This document shows, in pieces, positions 49,783 through 59,732 of a stretch of 64,000 nucleotides of DNA. Numbering within the stretch: position 1 is the first letter of the stretch; each line of letters starts with the position of its first letter. The notes below the pieces were generated by a model, which had not been told where the DNA came from, made no database searches, and was given only the letters and a program-made list of their open reading frames with translations. A program made the translations under genes and the position numbers. This DNA is from an uncultured Candidatus Saccharibacteria bacterium. GTDB taxonomy: Bacteria > Patescibacteriota > Minisyncoccia > Phycocordibacterales > UBA9973. Where the stretch lies: assembly GCA_964631935.1 (NCBI GenBank), contig CAZWAV010000002.1:39058-103057 (forward strand). The letters are read 5' to 3'.

Positions 49783-50865
49783 TTATAAATCAAGCTTTAT
49801 TCCTGATTCTAGAGAAGAATCTTTGCTTTCTTTTTTTGAATCTTCGCTGTTATCTTTTTGAAAGCTTTCTATTTTTCGGTTATTTCTCTCTTTTAATTTT
49901 AATCCGGCTTTCAAGAATATGTTAGCCTCTTTGGCTGAACTTTCAGAATCTAACAATGCAGAATAATCATCATTTGAATTGAAATCTTTATTTTCTTTAT
50001 TGGTATCATCTAAAAGCTTCTTAGCTTTATCTAAAGTCTTATGTGTATCATTAATTATAGTCTGCCTAACTTTCGATGTATCAACATTTGTATCTTCTAA
50101 ATCTTTAGCTGTTGAATCGATTAAGTGTTTAACAATTTCTTTTCTCTTTTTGTATTTCTCTTGTTTATTCTCATCTTTACTATTGATAGAACCTCTAATC
50201 TTGCTTCCGCTTGATCTGGCATTATTTGATATTTTTTCATTATCATCTGTAGTATTTTCATTTGTATCAATAACATCTAAAACACTAGCATGTGCATTCA
50301 TGCCCGCTTGGAAATTTACAACAATATCATCTACTTTATCATCGGATGATTTATCTTCTTTAAGTTTATTTAAATTTTTATCTAAAGCTCTGGTATGTTT
50401 AGATAAAAGATTGTTTAGTTCTTTTTCCTTAGAAGCATCGAGTTTATCTTCAGAAGCTAGTGCTTCAGCTTCAACAAGGCGTTTTGTGGCAAGACTGCTC
50501 TCATATTCAGCTTTCGCTTCCGTAGAGAATTTAAACACGGAACCAATAGGCTCAATAATATTTACTTTAATAGGATACAGGGCATTACCAGGAAGACTAG
50601 TTTCTGATGCAAATACTACCTCCCTTCCACCAATAAGCACTATAAGACATACAACTGCTCCGTAGTAGACAAATTTACTTTTATAAACTCTTGAGATAAA
50701 TGAGTAGTTCATCCATGGGCTCTGTAAAGATTTCTTGAGTGACATATCAGAATTAAGTATGCTAGTAAGCATACTGTTTTTCTCATCAGAAGTCATCTTT
50801 ATTTTTTTGATTTCTTCGATGCTAGATTGTAATTTTTCATCTTTCATATTATTCATCTGTATCAT
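49783..50865 (-). CDS. putative anti-sigma factor (single-pass membrane protein)
   Basis: 17-nt overlap with the upstream ECF sigma gene; cytoplasmic N-terminus, TM (YYGAVVCLIVLIGG), extracytoplasmic LPGNALYPIK segment, then Lys/Asp-rich coiled region. Confidence 0.5.
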   Translation of the reverse strand: MIQMNNMKDEKLQSSIEEIKKIKMTSDEKNSMLTSILNSDMSLKKSLQSPWMNYSFISRVYKSKFVYYGAVVCLIVLIGGREVVFASETSLPGNALYPIKVNIIEPIGSVFKFSTEAKAEYESSLATKRLVEAEALASEDKLDASKEKELNNLLSKHTRALDKNLNKLKEDKSSDDKVDDIVVNFQAGMNAHASVLDVIDTNENTTDDNEKISNNARSSGSKIRGSINSKDENKQEKYKKRKEIVKHLIDSTAKDLEDTNVDTSKVRQTIINDTHKTLDKAKKLLDDTNKENKDFNSNDDYSALLDSESSAKEANIFLKAGLKLKERNNRKIESFQKDNSEDSKKESKDSSLESGIKLDL

Positions 50866-51379
50866 TATTATATCCTGTTATTTTCCGCAATTCCAAGAGT
50901 GCTCTATTAATACGCACCGAGGCAGCATTAGCAGATATACCTAAAATTTTACCTATTTCTTGGGGTGACAAATCTTCAACAAAGCGTAGATATATAGGTT
51001 CACGATGGTTATAATCAAGCTCGTTTATTTTATCTAGAAGATACCTACCTTCTGGTTTAGCTTCAAGATTTTCTGTAGTCTTCTCATCAATTAGGTCTTT
51101 TTCAGAGCTTTCATCACCCCATAACATATTATCTAAAGAAAGGCTCTTTTTCTTACGGTACCAGTCAATAATGAGCCTACGAGCTATAGTAAAAAGGAAT
51201 GCTTTATTGTTCAGTATAGGATCTTTTTTGTTTAAGCTCTGCCATAGACGAAGAAATGTTTCCTGGGTTATATCCAAGGCCTGTTCTCGGTCAGAGACGC
51301 GCACTAAACAGAAGCGAAATATTCCATCTGATTCATTGGCATATATCTTTTCAAAATTGTAAGTAATATCGTCTTTCAT
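50849..51379 (-). CDS. RNA polymerase sigma factor, ECF subfamily
   Basis: Region 2 (ALDITQETFLRLWQSL...FLFTIARRLIIDWYRKK) and region 4 (LSPQEIGKILGISANAASVRINRAL); start taken at the ATG (MKDDITY) rather than the upstream TTG. Confidence 0.8.
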   Translation of the reverse strand: MKDDITYNFEKIYANESDGIFRFCLVRVSDREQALDITQETFLRLWQSLNKKDPILNNKAFLFTIARRLIIDWYRKKKSLSLDNMLWGDESSEKDLIDEKTTENLEAKPEGRYLLDKINELDYNHREPIYLRFVEDLSPQEIGKILGISANAASVRINRALLELRKITGYNNDTDE

Positions 51380-51561
51380 GTGGTAAGACGTACAAGTAAG
51401 CAATTTCTTACTTGTAGCCCTAACCTAAAATACAACAAAATTAGATCAATGTCTATGTAAGAGTAGCTCTACATCGAGCGTCTACTCCAATGTGAGGTCG
51501 CATAGTGTGATTTTTAACGTCAAACTATGAAACATTATAAGATTAATAATATATAAAAATT

Positions 51562-52992
51562 ATGAAAAATTTAAAACCATTTATCGCAAGCTCACTTATG
51601 CTAATGACTATTATGTCTATGCCACTTGTAAGTTTTGCTGATAACAATAAAGACAAGGGAGAGAAAAATGGGGGTATCAAAATAGAAAATCGCAATGAAA
51701 TAGAATCAGAAAAAGGTGATGATTCTCGCTCTGCGTGGAGTAAATTGACTGGATTTTTTGGTAACAAGAATGTAAACGCAAATCTTGCTGTAAGTACAAC
51801 TACACCAAACATATCAGGTATCACTGCTCCGACAGTTCTTAAGGTTGGTGAGACAGGCACATGGTCTGTAAAAGCGACAGATCCACAAAACGGATCACTT
51901 AGCTACTCTGTCAACTGGGGTGATGAATCGTCTAACCCGACAGCACGTATGGCACCATCATTTGTTCAGACATCGACATTTAGTCATACTTACGCAAATG
52001 CAGGTAAATACAACATCACATTTACTGTAAGCAACAGTGCTGGTGAGAAAGCAACATCATCAACAACCGTACACGTAGGAGTATCATCAGTTACACAAGC
52101 TCCAGTAATAAGTAACCTAACAGCCGTTTCTAAGAATCCACGTCACGCTACAATAACTTGGACAACTGATATCCGCTCTAATAGTTTTATCTGGTATAGC
52201 ACAACATCACCAGTTAATACATCTATCGACCCAAAAGTAATAGGTCATAACAAAAAGGTTCTAAATCACAGAATCAATCTAAATAAACTACAACCTGGTA
52301 CTAAATATTACGTAATTGTTGGATCAGAGAATAGTGCTGGTAAGACTTTGTCTTCTGAGACATCTTTTACTACAGTAGGCCTCTCAGACAATAGTACTCC
52401 AGTTATTACAAGTGTTACTGGTAACACAGAAATTACAGCCGGAGATACAGCCACAGTAACCGTAAATGCATATGATCCTAAAAATGGAACATTGTCATAC
52501 AGTGCAGACTGGGGAGATTCTGTTCCTTCAATGATGTCTCGGTCTTTCTGGTCAGGGCAACCATTTGTTCAGAGTTCAACATTCACACACGTTTATAGTG
52601 GACCAGGAACTTATACAGCTACATTTACTGCAGAAAATAACGCAGGTAAAAAAACAACTTCTACAATCACTATTAATGCAAAACCTCAAAATCCTGTTGA
52701 TACAACAGCACCGGTTATCAGTAATATGGGTATACAAATTGGTAACTCTACAAGCACAATCTCATGGACTACTAACGAGCTCGCAACTGGAAAAGTATTC
52801 TACTCTACAGTTACACCTGTTGACGTAAATACAGCAACTTCTGTTTCCGATGCAAATTTAGTAGCATCACATTCATTAAACATTACTGGTCTTTCAGCAA
52901 ACACTCTCTATCACTTTATCGTAGTGTCTTCTGATGGTTCAAGTAATAAAACAACGTCAAGTGAAGGAACATTCACTACGACAGCATTATAA
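51562..52992 (+). CDS. secreted protein with alternating PKD-like and FN3-like domains (2x)
   Basis: Signal peptide; PKD-like (WGDES...FSHTYANAGKYNITFTVSNSAGEKAT) and FN3-like (ATITWTTD...LQPGTKYYVIV...SFTT) modules, each repeated. Confidence 0.65.
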   Translation: MKNLKPFIASSLMLMTIMSMPLVSFADNNKDKGEKNGGIKIENRNEIESEKGDDSRSAWSKLTGFFGNKNVNANLAVSTTTPNISGITAPTVLKVGETGTWSVKATDPQNGSLSYSVNWGDESSNPTARMAPSFVQTSTFSHTYANAGKYNITFTVSNSAGEKATSSTTVHVGVSSVTQAPVISNLTAVSKNPRHATITWTTDIRSNSFIWYSTTSPVNTSIDPKVIGHNKKVLNHRINLNKLQPGTKYYVIVGSENSAGKTLSSETSFTTVGLSDNSTPVITSVTGNTEITAGDTATVTVNAYDPKNGTLSYSADWGDSVPSMMSRSFWSGQPFVQSSTFTHVYSGPGTYTATFTAENNAGKKTTSTITINAKPQNPVDTTAPVISNMGIQIGNSTSTISWTTNELATGKVFYSTVTPVDVNTATSVSDANLVASHSLNITGLSANTLYHFIVVSSDGSSNKTTSSEGTFTTTAL

Positions 52993-53025
52993 GCAACGGT
53001 AAACTAAAGGAATAAGCCGAATATA

Positions 53026-53054
53026 AAAACCCTCTCATAATGAGAGGGTTTTTA
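53026..53054. terminator. bidirectional hairpin terminator
   Basis: aaaaaccctctcataatgagagggttttt. Confidence 0.6.
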
Positions 53055-53780
53055 TATTCCTACAACTCCAAACAATTTACCAATACCGAAAGTCACAATC
53101 ATGGCAAGTATTCCTCCACCCACTACTCTTATTATAGCTTTTGTCTTACTAGCTCCCCCAGCATGAGCGCTAAGGCCTCCAGTAATGATAAGAGCGACTA
53201 ATACTCCACCAAATGTTACCGGTATACGCATTGATGCAGGAGGTAAAATAATCATAATGACCGGAATAATAGCCCCACAGAAAAAAGATAATGTAGATGC
53301 AAATGCTGCATGCCAAGGATCTGTGAGATTTTCTGGATTAATACCGAGCTCTGCATCAACGTGAGCAGCGAAAGCATCTTTTTTGGTTAATTCATCGGCA
53401 ACTAATTTGGCTGTTTGATTAGATAATCCCTTGCCTTCATATATTGTGACGAGTTCCTGCAACTCTTGCTCTGGGCTTTCAATAAGCTCTCTTCTCTCTT
53501 TTTCAAGTAGTGCCTTTTCAGTATCCCTTTGTGTGCTGACAGAGACATACTCACCTACTCCCATAGATAATGCTCCAGCTACAAGACCAGCGACACCAGC
53601 TGTTAAGATAAAGTTTAGAGAGTTTGAAGCACCTGCAACACCGACAAGGATAGAAGCCACGGAGACAATACCATCATTGGCGCCAAGAACAGAAGCTCTT
53701 AGCCAGTTAAGCTTCTTGCCTGACTTAACGTTATCTTTATGTGGTTCTTCGTGTGTTAAAACATTAAGATTATTATCCAT
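53052..53780 (-). CDS. VIT1/CCC1-family iron/manganese transporter
   Basis: LNWLRASVLGANDGIVSVASILVGVAGA; 5 TM helices; cytoplasmic helical metal-binding segment (EKERRELIESPEQE). Confidence 0.75.
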   Translation of the reverse strand: MDNNLNVLTHEEPHKDNVKSGKKLNWLRASVLGANDGIVSVASILVGVAGASNSLNFILTAGVAGLVAGALSMGVGEYVSVSTQRDTEKALLEKERRELIESPEQELQELVTIYEGKGLSNQTAKLVADELTKKDAFAAHVDAELGINPENLTDPWHAAFASTLSFFCGAIIPVIMIILPPASMRIPVTFGGVLVALIITGGLSAHAGGASKTKAIIRVVGGGILAMIVTFGIGKLFGVVGI

Positions 53781-53785
53781 AAAAA

Positions 53786-54787
53786 TTAATTGCTATTTAT
53801 AAGAAATTTGAAGCTTCTGATTATTCTTTCAAGCTCGCTTTGAATTTTATTTTTATCAAACTCTTTGATCCCTTGATCTGGCGAATAATTACCAATGTTT
53901 GTCGAGTGGATTGTATATTCTATTGCATAACAGTCACCATCTACTATTCCTCTGTAGCTTGTGGTTTCATAGAAATTGCCCGCTCCAGCACCATTAGAAG
54001 TAAATTTACTAAAAGGATAGCCACCTATTGTTGTTAAGCTTTTAGAATTAAATTCATTATTTATTGTGTCTATATTAGTACAGCTTTTTATAACTTTAGC
54101 ATCAGTTGATCTACCTACCGTAAATTTCGCATCTCCAAAATTTGTCTTCGGCAAATATGCTTTTGGGGCAATAACCTGAGCAAGGAGTAGTCCTTTGTCT
54201 TTTGTATTTACCCTCCAGTCAATACTAGGGATTTTATTACCTTCTATGATTTTCCATAATGGATTATAGTCAAAAGTAAAAGTATTATTAGAATCCTTAA
54301 AATTTTCCGAACAATTATCTGATTTTATAAACGTTGATTTCGGATCATAAGAAATAGATGCATTGTCAATTACTTCTTTGTTGTCTATTATTTTTGTGGG
54401 TCCAAAACCTTGGACAAAACTGTCGCCTACTTTTTTGAACACTACTTGTCTATTTGAATCCATACCTTCGGATTGGAATAAGTAGTCTGCTACAAGAATA
54501 TCATCTATGAATGTCCCCTTAAATGTCCCCGACGAACTATCCTTTTCGAAATTATTGTAAGCTAGCATTCCAGATACACTTTCATTAGTTTGTGAATCAA
54601 TACTAAGGACATACACATCTTTTGAAAGCTTTGCCACATAGCAACCTTTTATAGAAGAAGTGGTTACATTTGTAGATTGGTCAGAATTATTGTTTACTGT
54701 TGGAGTTTTTCTGAAATAGAAAAAAGCTCCTATTAACAGAATGATGATTATGATAAAAAATACTAGTTTTTTGGCAAATCTTGTCAT
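53786..54787 (-). CDS. membrane-anchored hypothetical protein
   Basis: 333 aa, N-terminal TM, Asn/Ser/Thr-rich extracytoplasmic region. Confidence 0.4.
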   Translation of the reverse strand: MTRFAKKLVFFIIIIILLIGAFFYFRKTPTVNNNSDQSTNVTTSSIKGCYVAKLSKDVYVLSIDSQTNESVSGMLAYNNFEKDSSSGTFKGTFIDDILVADYLFQSEGMDSNRQVVFKKVGDSFVQGFGPTKIIDNKEVIDNASISYDPKSTFIKSDNCSENFKDSNNTFTFDYNPLWKIIEGNKIPSIDWRVNTKDKGLLLAQVIAPKAYLPKTNFGDAKFTVGRSTDAKVIKSCTNIDTINNEFNSKSLTTIGGYPFSKFTSNGAGAGNFYETTSYRGIVDGDCYAIEYTIHSTNIGNYSPDQGIKEFDKNKIQSELERIIRSFKFLINSN

Positions 54788-54820
54788 AAGTCTATTATAC
54801 CAGATTTATAAATAGCAAAC

Positions 54821-55255
54821 TTAGATTTTGCCTTGATCAACAAGGACCCTCTTGATGTTTAATCGCATACTGAGAATACGCCCAAGCATGGCACCTTCTA
54901 CAAAGCTTATAGTAAAAGCAGAGAGAACAGCACCCTTTAACCAATATTCAAATATAAAGTGACGGGCAATAGAGAAAGCTATATATAAAACAAGTACAAC
55001 AATACCTAAACGATCAAGCCTTCCAATAACTTTTCTTTTCTCTACGTGCCACTCTATAGAAAACATCCGTCCAGCAATAAATCCAATAGCAACACCCGAA
55101 ACAATACCTAGAATCAATAACATAGCAGGTATACGACTTATATAAACTTCATATATAAGTATTCCAGTCATGACAATGAGAATAGCCACGAGAATTCTTA
55201 CTCTTCTGATTAATTTTGAGTCTACATGTTTTGTTTTATCTGATTCGATTTCCAT
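54821..55255 (-). CDS. hypothetical membrane protein
   Basis: 144 aa, 3-4 TM helices. Confidence 0.4.
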   Translation of the reverse strand: MEIESDKTKHVDSKLIRRVRILVAILIVMTGILIYEVYISRIPAMLLILGIVSGVAIGFIAGRMFSIEWHVEKRKVIGRLDRLGIVVLVLYIAFSIARHFIFEYWLKGAVLSAFTISFVEGAMLGRILSMRLNIKRVLVDQGKI

Positions 55256-55265
55256 AAAATTATTT

Positions 55266-56267
55266 TTAATTTATCTCAATGTCTACATAGGCTATCTGAG
55301 GGAATTTTTCTATAATATTTTTCTCTATAGTATTTATATGATTACCTACTAGGCGCGGTATACGGTCTGTAGTTTTAAATATAAGTTTAGCAAATTCTTT
55401 GAAATCATCTTTTATGTTATCGAACTCTTCCTTCAAGTCCCCTGCTTCATATATCTCTTCATAAAGAGGAGAGCCATTCCACTCTACAGTGGCAAATATT
55501 CTATACTTCCCTATATCCACTGCCACAGATTTAAATTCAACGATATGTTCTATGCAAGGATCCTTTTCAAACAGTTCTAAGATTTCTTGTTTTATTTCTT
55601 CTGGTAGTGGTTTACCTATTATGTATTGATGGTTTTTCATTATTAAAACAATAGCCAAAAATCCTAATATCAAACCAACAATTATTCCTCCTACTGCATC
55701 ATAAGTAATATCTCCAGTAAGATAAGTAAGCCATTGAGCAACAAGAGCAATAACAACACCGAGCACCGCAGCTCCATCTTCATAGATAATAGCAAGTAGC
55801 ACTGGGTCTGCTTCTTTAAGCATGGCTCTAGAGAATTTCTCACCTTTCTTCAGTTCTCTTATCGCAAACCAGAGAGTAGTTCCTTCTATAACTAGAGCAA
55901 GGAGTAACACCCCGATAGTCATAGAGCTAAAAGAGTGCATGACATCCCCTCTATGGATAAGAGAATCTATGGAATGATATATAGTAATTCCTGATCCAAT
56001 AAAAAATATTCCACATGCAGATATCAGGGACCAGAAAAATCTTTCTATCCCATATCCATAGCCGTGGATATGGTCTGCGGGTTTTTTGGAGCGTTTAAGA
56101 CCTATGAACAATAGAGATTGATTTAGTGTATCAGCAAAGCTGTGCACACTCTCAGCAAACATACTCGCTGAACCTGTCGTGAAAAATATAATAGCTTTAG
56201 TTATTGTTACGAAAGTATTTCCTAGAAGTGCTGCTATTACTGAATTCTTACCTTGGGTATATGCCAT
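55266..56267 (-). CDS. cation diffusion facilitator (CDF) family transporter
   Basis: HSFADTLNQSLLFIGLK...HGYGYGIERF; 6 TM plus cytoplasmic C-terminal domain. Confidence 0.8.
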   Translation of the reverse strand: MAYTQGKNSVIAALLGNTFVTITKAIIFFTTGSASMFAESVHSFADTLNQSLLFIGLKRSKKPADHIHGYGYGIERFFWSLISACGIFFIGSGITIYHSIDSLIHRGDVMHSFSSMTIGVLLLALVIEGTTLWFAIRELKKGEKFSRAMLKEADPVLLAIIYEDGAAVLGVVIALVAQWLTYLTGDITYDAVGGIIVGLILGFLAIVLIMKNHQYIIGKPLPEEIKQEILELFEKDPCIEHIVEFKSVAVDIGKYRIFATVEWNGSPLYEEIYEAGDLKEEFDNIKDDFKEFAKLIFKTTDRIPRLVGNHINTIEKNIIEKFPQIAYVDIEIN

Positions 56268-56287
56268 TTGATGATTATAGCAGAATA

Positions 56288-57451
56288 CTATTCAGTTCCT
56301 ACATTTACTGCGACAGTACTACTATCAGTCGCTCCTTTGTCGTCAGTAACAGTAAGCTCAAATGTATATGCACCTTCTGTAAGATCTGTAACTGTTGTTG
56401 TGTCAGACGATGGCGAAGTTATAGTTGCCGGTCCTCCGTCGATCTTGACCCAAGAGAATGAAACGATAGAACCATCAGGATCAGCACCAAGCCCTGTGAG
56501 AGTAGCAGAAGAATTCGGTAGGACGACAAATTGATCAGACCCAGCATCAGCCGAAGGAGAAAGGTTTATCTGGCTTGCTCCGCTAGTCACAGAAACTACA
56601 ACAGTATCGGTATCAGTCGCACCACTATCATCAGTGACAGAAAGTTGAAATCTATACGTACCTGCTGAAAACCCGCTAACATTTGTAGTAGATTGTGATG
56701 GTGAAGTTATATTGGCTGCACCACCCTCTACCTGAACCCAAGAATACGAAGTTATAGATCCATCTGTATCATTACCACTGCCATACAAGACTACAGATGA
56801 TTCAGGTAAAGTTATATTATGATCTGGTCCTGCATTAGCAACTGGAGGAACATTTTGTGTTGATCCGGAATTATCAGGTGGCACATAAGACGGCTCCGTA
56901 TAAACAGGTTGGTTTTGTACTTGACCTTGAGTTGTTGGTTGGCTTGTGGCGACCTTAGGTGGTGATTTCTTCTTTGCTTTTGCAACAACAGGGGCTGGCC
57001 CGCCTTCCATTGTTATGGTTACTTCATCTGAAGATCTTACACCTTTACTGTCGGTCGCAATGAGACGGAATAGATATTTACCTCTTCGAAGTCCAGTAAC
57101 AGTAGTTGTATTTGAAAATGGTGAAGATAGATTAGCTATACCTCCGGATAACTTATACCAAGCATAAGTTAGAGATCCCCCATCTGTGGCAATCGCTTGA
57201 CCTTTTAACTCAACGGAAGTCTTTGGATACTTTATTAACACATCAGGACCAGCTTCAACTTTTGGTAAATCAGCTTGGACAACTGGAGCCTTATTAGAAA
57301 AATCTAATGTAAGCTTTTTATCAAAGATGGAGAAGAACTTCATTTCTCCGGCGTCAAAATTATGCTTCTTCAAATACAGAAATCCACCTCCAGCAAGGAT
57401 AGCGACAAGAAACAGTATTACCGCACCTACTACTCCTTTGTTTGATTGCAT
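56288..57451 (-). CDS. membrane-anchored protein with three PKD-like repeats
   Basis: N-terminal TM; repeats with AGPD..I, SYSW/TYAW, TVT.L..G.Y.F.L.VTD..G motifs. Confidence 0.6.
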   Translation of the reverse strand: MQSNKGVVGAVILFLVAILAGGGFLYLKKHNFDAGEMKFFSIFDKKLTLDFSNKAPVVQADLPKVEAGPDVLIKYPKTSVELKGQAIATDGGSLTYAWYKLSGGIANLSSPFSNTTTVTGLRRGKYLFRLIATDSKGVRSSDEVTITMEGGPAPVVAKAKKKSPPKVATSQPTTQGQVQNQPVYTEPSYVPPDNSGSTQNVPPVANAGPDHNITLPESSVVLYGSGNDTDGSITSYSWVQVEGGAANITSPSQSTTNVSGFSAGTYRFQLSVTDDSGATDTDTVVVSVTSGASQINLSPSADAGSDQFVVLPNSSATLTGLGADPDGSIVSFSWVKIDGGPATITSPSSDTTTVTDLTEGAYTFELTVTDDKGATDSSTVAVNVGTE

Positions 57452-57500
57452 AAATTTAAATACAATACTATTCTATCAAAATTAAATATTATTTCGAATG

Positions 57501-58229
57501 CTACGCCAACGCATCTTTACCATCACGAAGTTTACTTTCAGAAATTATTTTAAGTATTTCATCTTCATTATCTGTGATTGTATACATATGAGAATCTTCT
57601 GGGCTAATTGTATTGTACTTTTCTTGCAAGACACTTTTTATAAAGCCCTGTAGTGGTGTCCAGAAATCTACCCCGAGAAGTATTATTGGAATCCGGCCTA
57701 GCTTGCCTGTCTGCTGAAGAGTAAGCATTTCAAAGAGTTCATTTAATGTGCCGAAACCTCCAGGGCAGAAAATACAAACTTCTGTCATGTATGACATAGA
57801 TACTTGTCGAGCAAAGAAGAAATAAAAAGGTATGACATCAGTGACATATTTGTTCGTCATTTGCTCGTTTGGAAGCCTTATAGTAAGACCGACTGACTTG
57901 CCTCCTGCATCGTGTGCCCCACGGCTCACAGCCTCCATGATGCCACCTCCGCCACCAGATAGGATGATATAGCCCAATTCCTTGGAAATACGGTGTGCGA
58001 GGGCCTGAGCCTGCTTGTATGATGGATGAGACTCCTCAAATCGTGCTCCTCCATAGAAAGTGACTGATGGAGTATAGAGACTGATCATGTCTATTCCCTG
58101 ACGGAATTCTTCTTGTATCATGCAGAGCTTTGTCTCTTCATCATTATCTCCATATAGAGTAATGCACCCACTTTTAATATCATCAACAGTTAAATGTTTT
58201 GGTCTGTACTTTATTGGTTCTTCATTCAT
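57501..58229 (-). CDS. LOG-family nucleotide 5'-monophosphate nucleosidase (TIGR00730-like)
   Basis: ILSGGGGGIMEAVSRGA ... CPGGFGTLNELFE (PGGxGTxxE). Confidence 0.8.
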   Translation of the reverse strand: MNEEPIKYRPKHLTVDDIKSGCITLYGDNDEETKLCMIQEEFRQGIDMISLYTPSVTFYGGARFEESHPSYKQAQALAHRISKELGYIILSGGGGGIMEAVSRGAHDAGGKSVGLTIRLPNEQMTNKYVTDVIPFYFFFARQVSMSYMTEVCIFCPGGFGTLNELFEMLTLQQTGKLGRIPIILLGVDFWTPLQGFIKSVLQEKYNTISPEDSHMYTITDNEDEILKIISESKLRDGKDALA

Positions 58230-58250
58230 AGGTCTGATTGTACCTTAAAT

Positions 58251-58742
58251 TTAAGCTTGGTTCAAATAATCTTCAATTGCTTTAATATCAACTAACTGAT
58301 GATCTCCATCTAATTCGTTTTTGTATTCCATTAATTCTTTTGGGTGCATAACTTTTATATCAATCCCTTCCACATTCATATCTAAAGTATTATAAGGAAA
58401 ATCGGTACGAGAAATCCACTTAGTTCTTTCCTTATTGCTAATTTTCTTAGTATCAGTTCCGCTAATATCAATTTCTTGGCCATTGTAATTTAAAGTAATA
58501 AGTTGGCAATCCCATTTACCATCCTGCCACCTAGCTGGACCCCAGGTTATATATTGTTCAATATCAGGAATAATCTTTGTAAGATATTTATCTTGTATTC
58601 CAAAATCAATATCATTGAGAGGTCTTGGTGAGCCATACAATTTAGCTCCAAACCCTCCTCCTATTCTGTATGGAATATCATATTTATTAAAAATACCTAC
58701 AATCCATCGTAGTGCATCTATTGTTTTTTTATCAAACTTCAT
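58251..58742 (-). CDS. small nucleotidyltransferase, ANT(2'')/Lnu-like
   Basis: 163 aa; YRIGGGFGAKLYG...NDIDFGI matches the GGGW...D.D motif of ANT(2'')-Ia/LnuA-type nucleotidyltransferases. Confidence 0.5.
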   Translation of the reverse strand: MKFDKKTIDALRWIVGIFNKYDIPYRIGGGFGAKLYGSPRPLNDIDFGIQDKYLTKIIPDIEQYITWGPARWQDGKWDCQLITLNYNGQEIDISGTDTKKISNKERTKWISRTDFPYNTLDMNVEGIDIKVMHPKELMEYKNELDGDHQLVDIKAIEDYLNQA

Positions 58743-58753
58743 GGTTTTATTGA

Positions 58754-59587
58754 TTAAGAAAATAATTCTTTTATTGATGGTAACTCTTCTGGGGCCTTAT
58801 CTTTTTTATGTAGTCTCATGACTCCTCTACCTAGTTGAATTTCAATTTCTTTTGGAAATTTTTTACGGATGGCATCAACCCACTCTTTTACTTCTTTTTC
58901 TGTCTCCATTTCAAACGGTGGATTAATTTCTTCTTGATATTTAGCTTCTTCAACAGGGCTATGTTGTTTGAAAAATTCAAATTGTGCAAAAATAATACCA
59001 TTTTTATTAAGCATGCTGTACCACTTTCTCATAACTCTATCGAGAACTAATGGGTGCTTTGATAAATCTTGAAGTGGGCCCATCATGCGAGAGATAATTA
59101 AATCAGTCTTTTCACTATTTACAGATTGAAATATCTTTTTAAGAAATTCCTCATTTTTAACATCAAACAAGTCGCCTGGGACAACGGAGTGGCCATGAGT
59201 TTGATCGAATCTTTTCTCGTGAGCATCTCTAACATCATCAAGACAAATACCAACAGTCTTTTTAAAAAATCCTTCCGAAAATCCAGCGAAGAGATTAGAT
59301 CCTGGTCCCCCAAATTCGATAGCAGTCCTAGCATTAGTATTATTTTTCTTGAGAGTTTCTTCTATGTAATTTTTAAAAGCAATACCATATTCTTTTACGG
59401 TAGTAAATATTTTTTTATCTAATTTTCCAACATATTCTTGCGGTAAGGTTTTTTGAAAGGTATTACCAAACTCAAATATAGACCTGTCATATTGTTGCCA
59501 ATTTGCTTCCGTCTCTTTCTTGTTTTCTGCAAAATTCTTATCATTAATAAGGCTATCTTTAACATCTCTAAAGTTCATCTTTTCCAT
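58754..59587 (-). CDS. putative SAM-dependent methyltransferase-like protein
   Basis: Weak class I MTase pattern: IEFGGPGS (motif I), DLIIS, LNKNGIIF. Confidence 0.35.
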   Translation of the reverse strand: MEKMNFRDVKDSLINDKNFAENKKETEANWQQYDRSIFEFGNTFQKTLPQEYVGKLDKKIFTTVKEYGIAFKNYIEETLKKNNTNARTAIEFGGPGSNLFAGFSEGFFKKTVGICLDDVRDAHEKRFDQTHGHSVVPGDLFDVKNEEFLKKIFQSVNSEKTDLIISRMMGPLQDLSKHPLVLDRVMRKWYSMLNKNGIIFAQFEFFKQHSPVEEAKYQEEINPPFEMETEKEVKEWVDAIRKKFPKEIEIQLGRGVMRLHKKDKAPEELPSIKELFS

Positions 59588-59611
59588 ATAGTTAAATTAT
59601 AGCAAATTAGC

Positions 59612-59681
59612 TGCCGACCAGGGACTCGAACCCCAATACCATCCTCCAGAGGGATGTGTCCTACCATTAGACGAGTCGGCA
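59612..59681 (-). tRNA. tRNA-Gln (anticodon CUG)
   Basis: Cloverleaf on minus strand: 7-bp acceptor stem, D-loop TAATGGTAGGAC, anticodon stem CATCC/GGATG with loop CTCTGGA (U33, CUG), T-arm GGGG-TTCGAGT-CCCT; CCA not encoded. Confidence 0.7.
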
Positions 59682-59732
59682 ATGTAACTTCGATATATTA
59701 CCACAAAACAGAGATTTTGCTATACTGGCCTT

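Noticed and set aside
50849-51403. TTG start for the second ECF sigma gene as given by the ORF track
   Set aside because: An in-frame ATG eight codons downstream (MKDDITY) gives a conventional sigma-70 region-2 N-terminus and leaves a hairpin-containing leader. The TTG extension adds only a hydrophobic/Cys-rich peptide.
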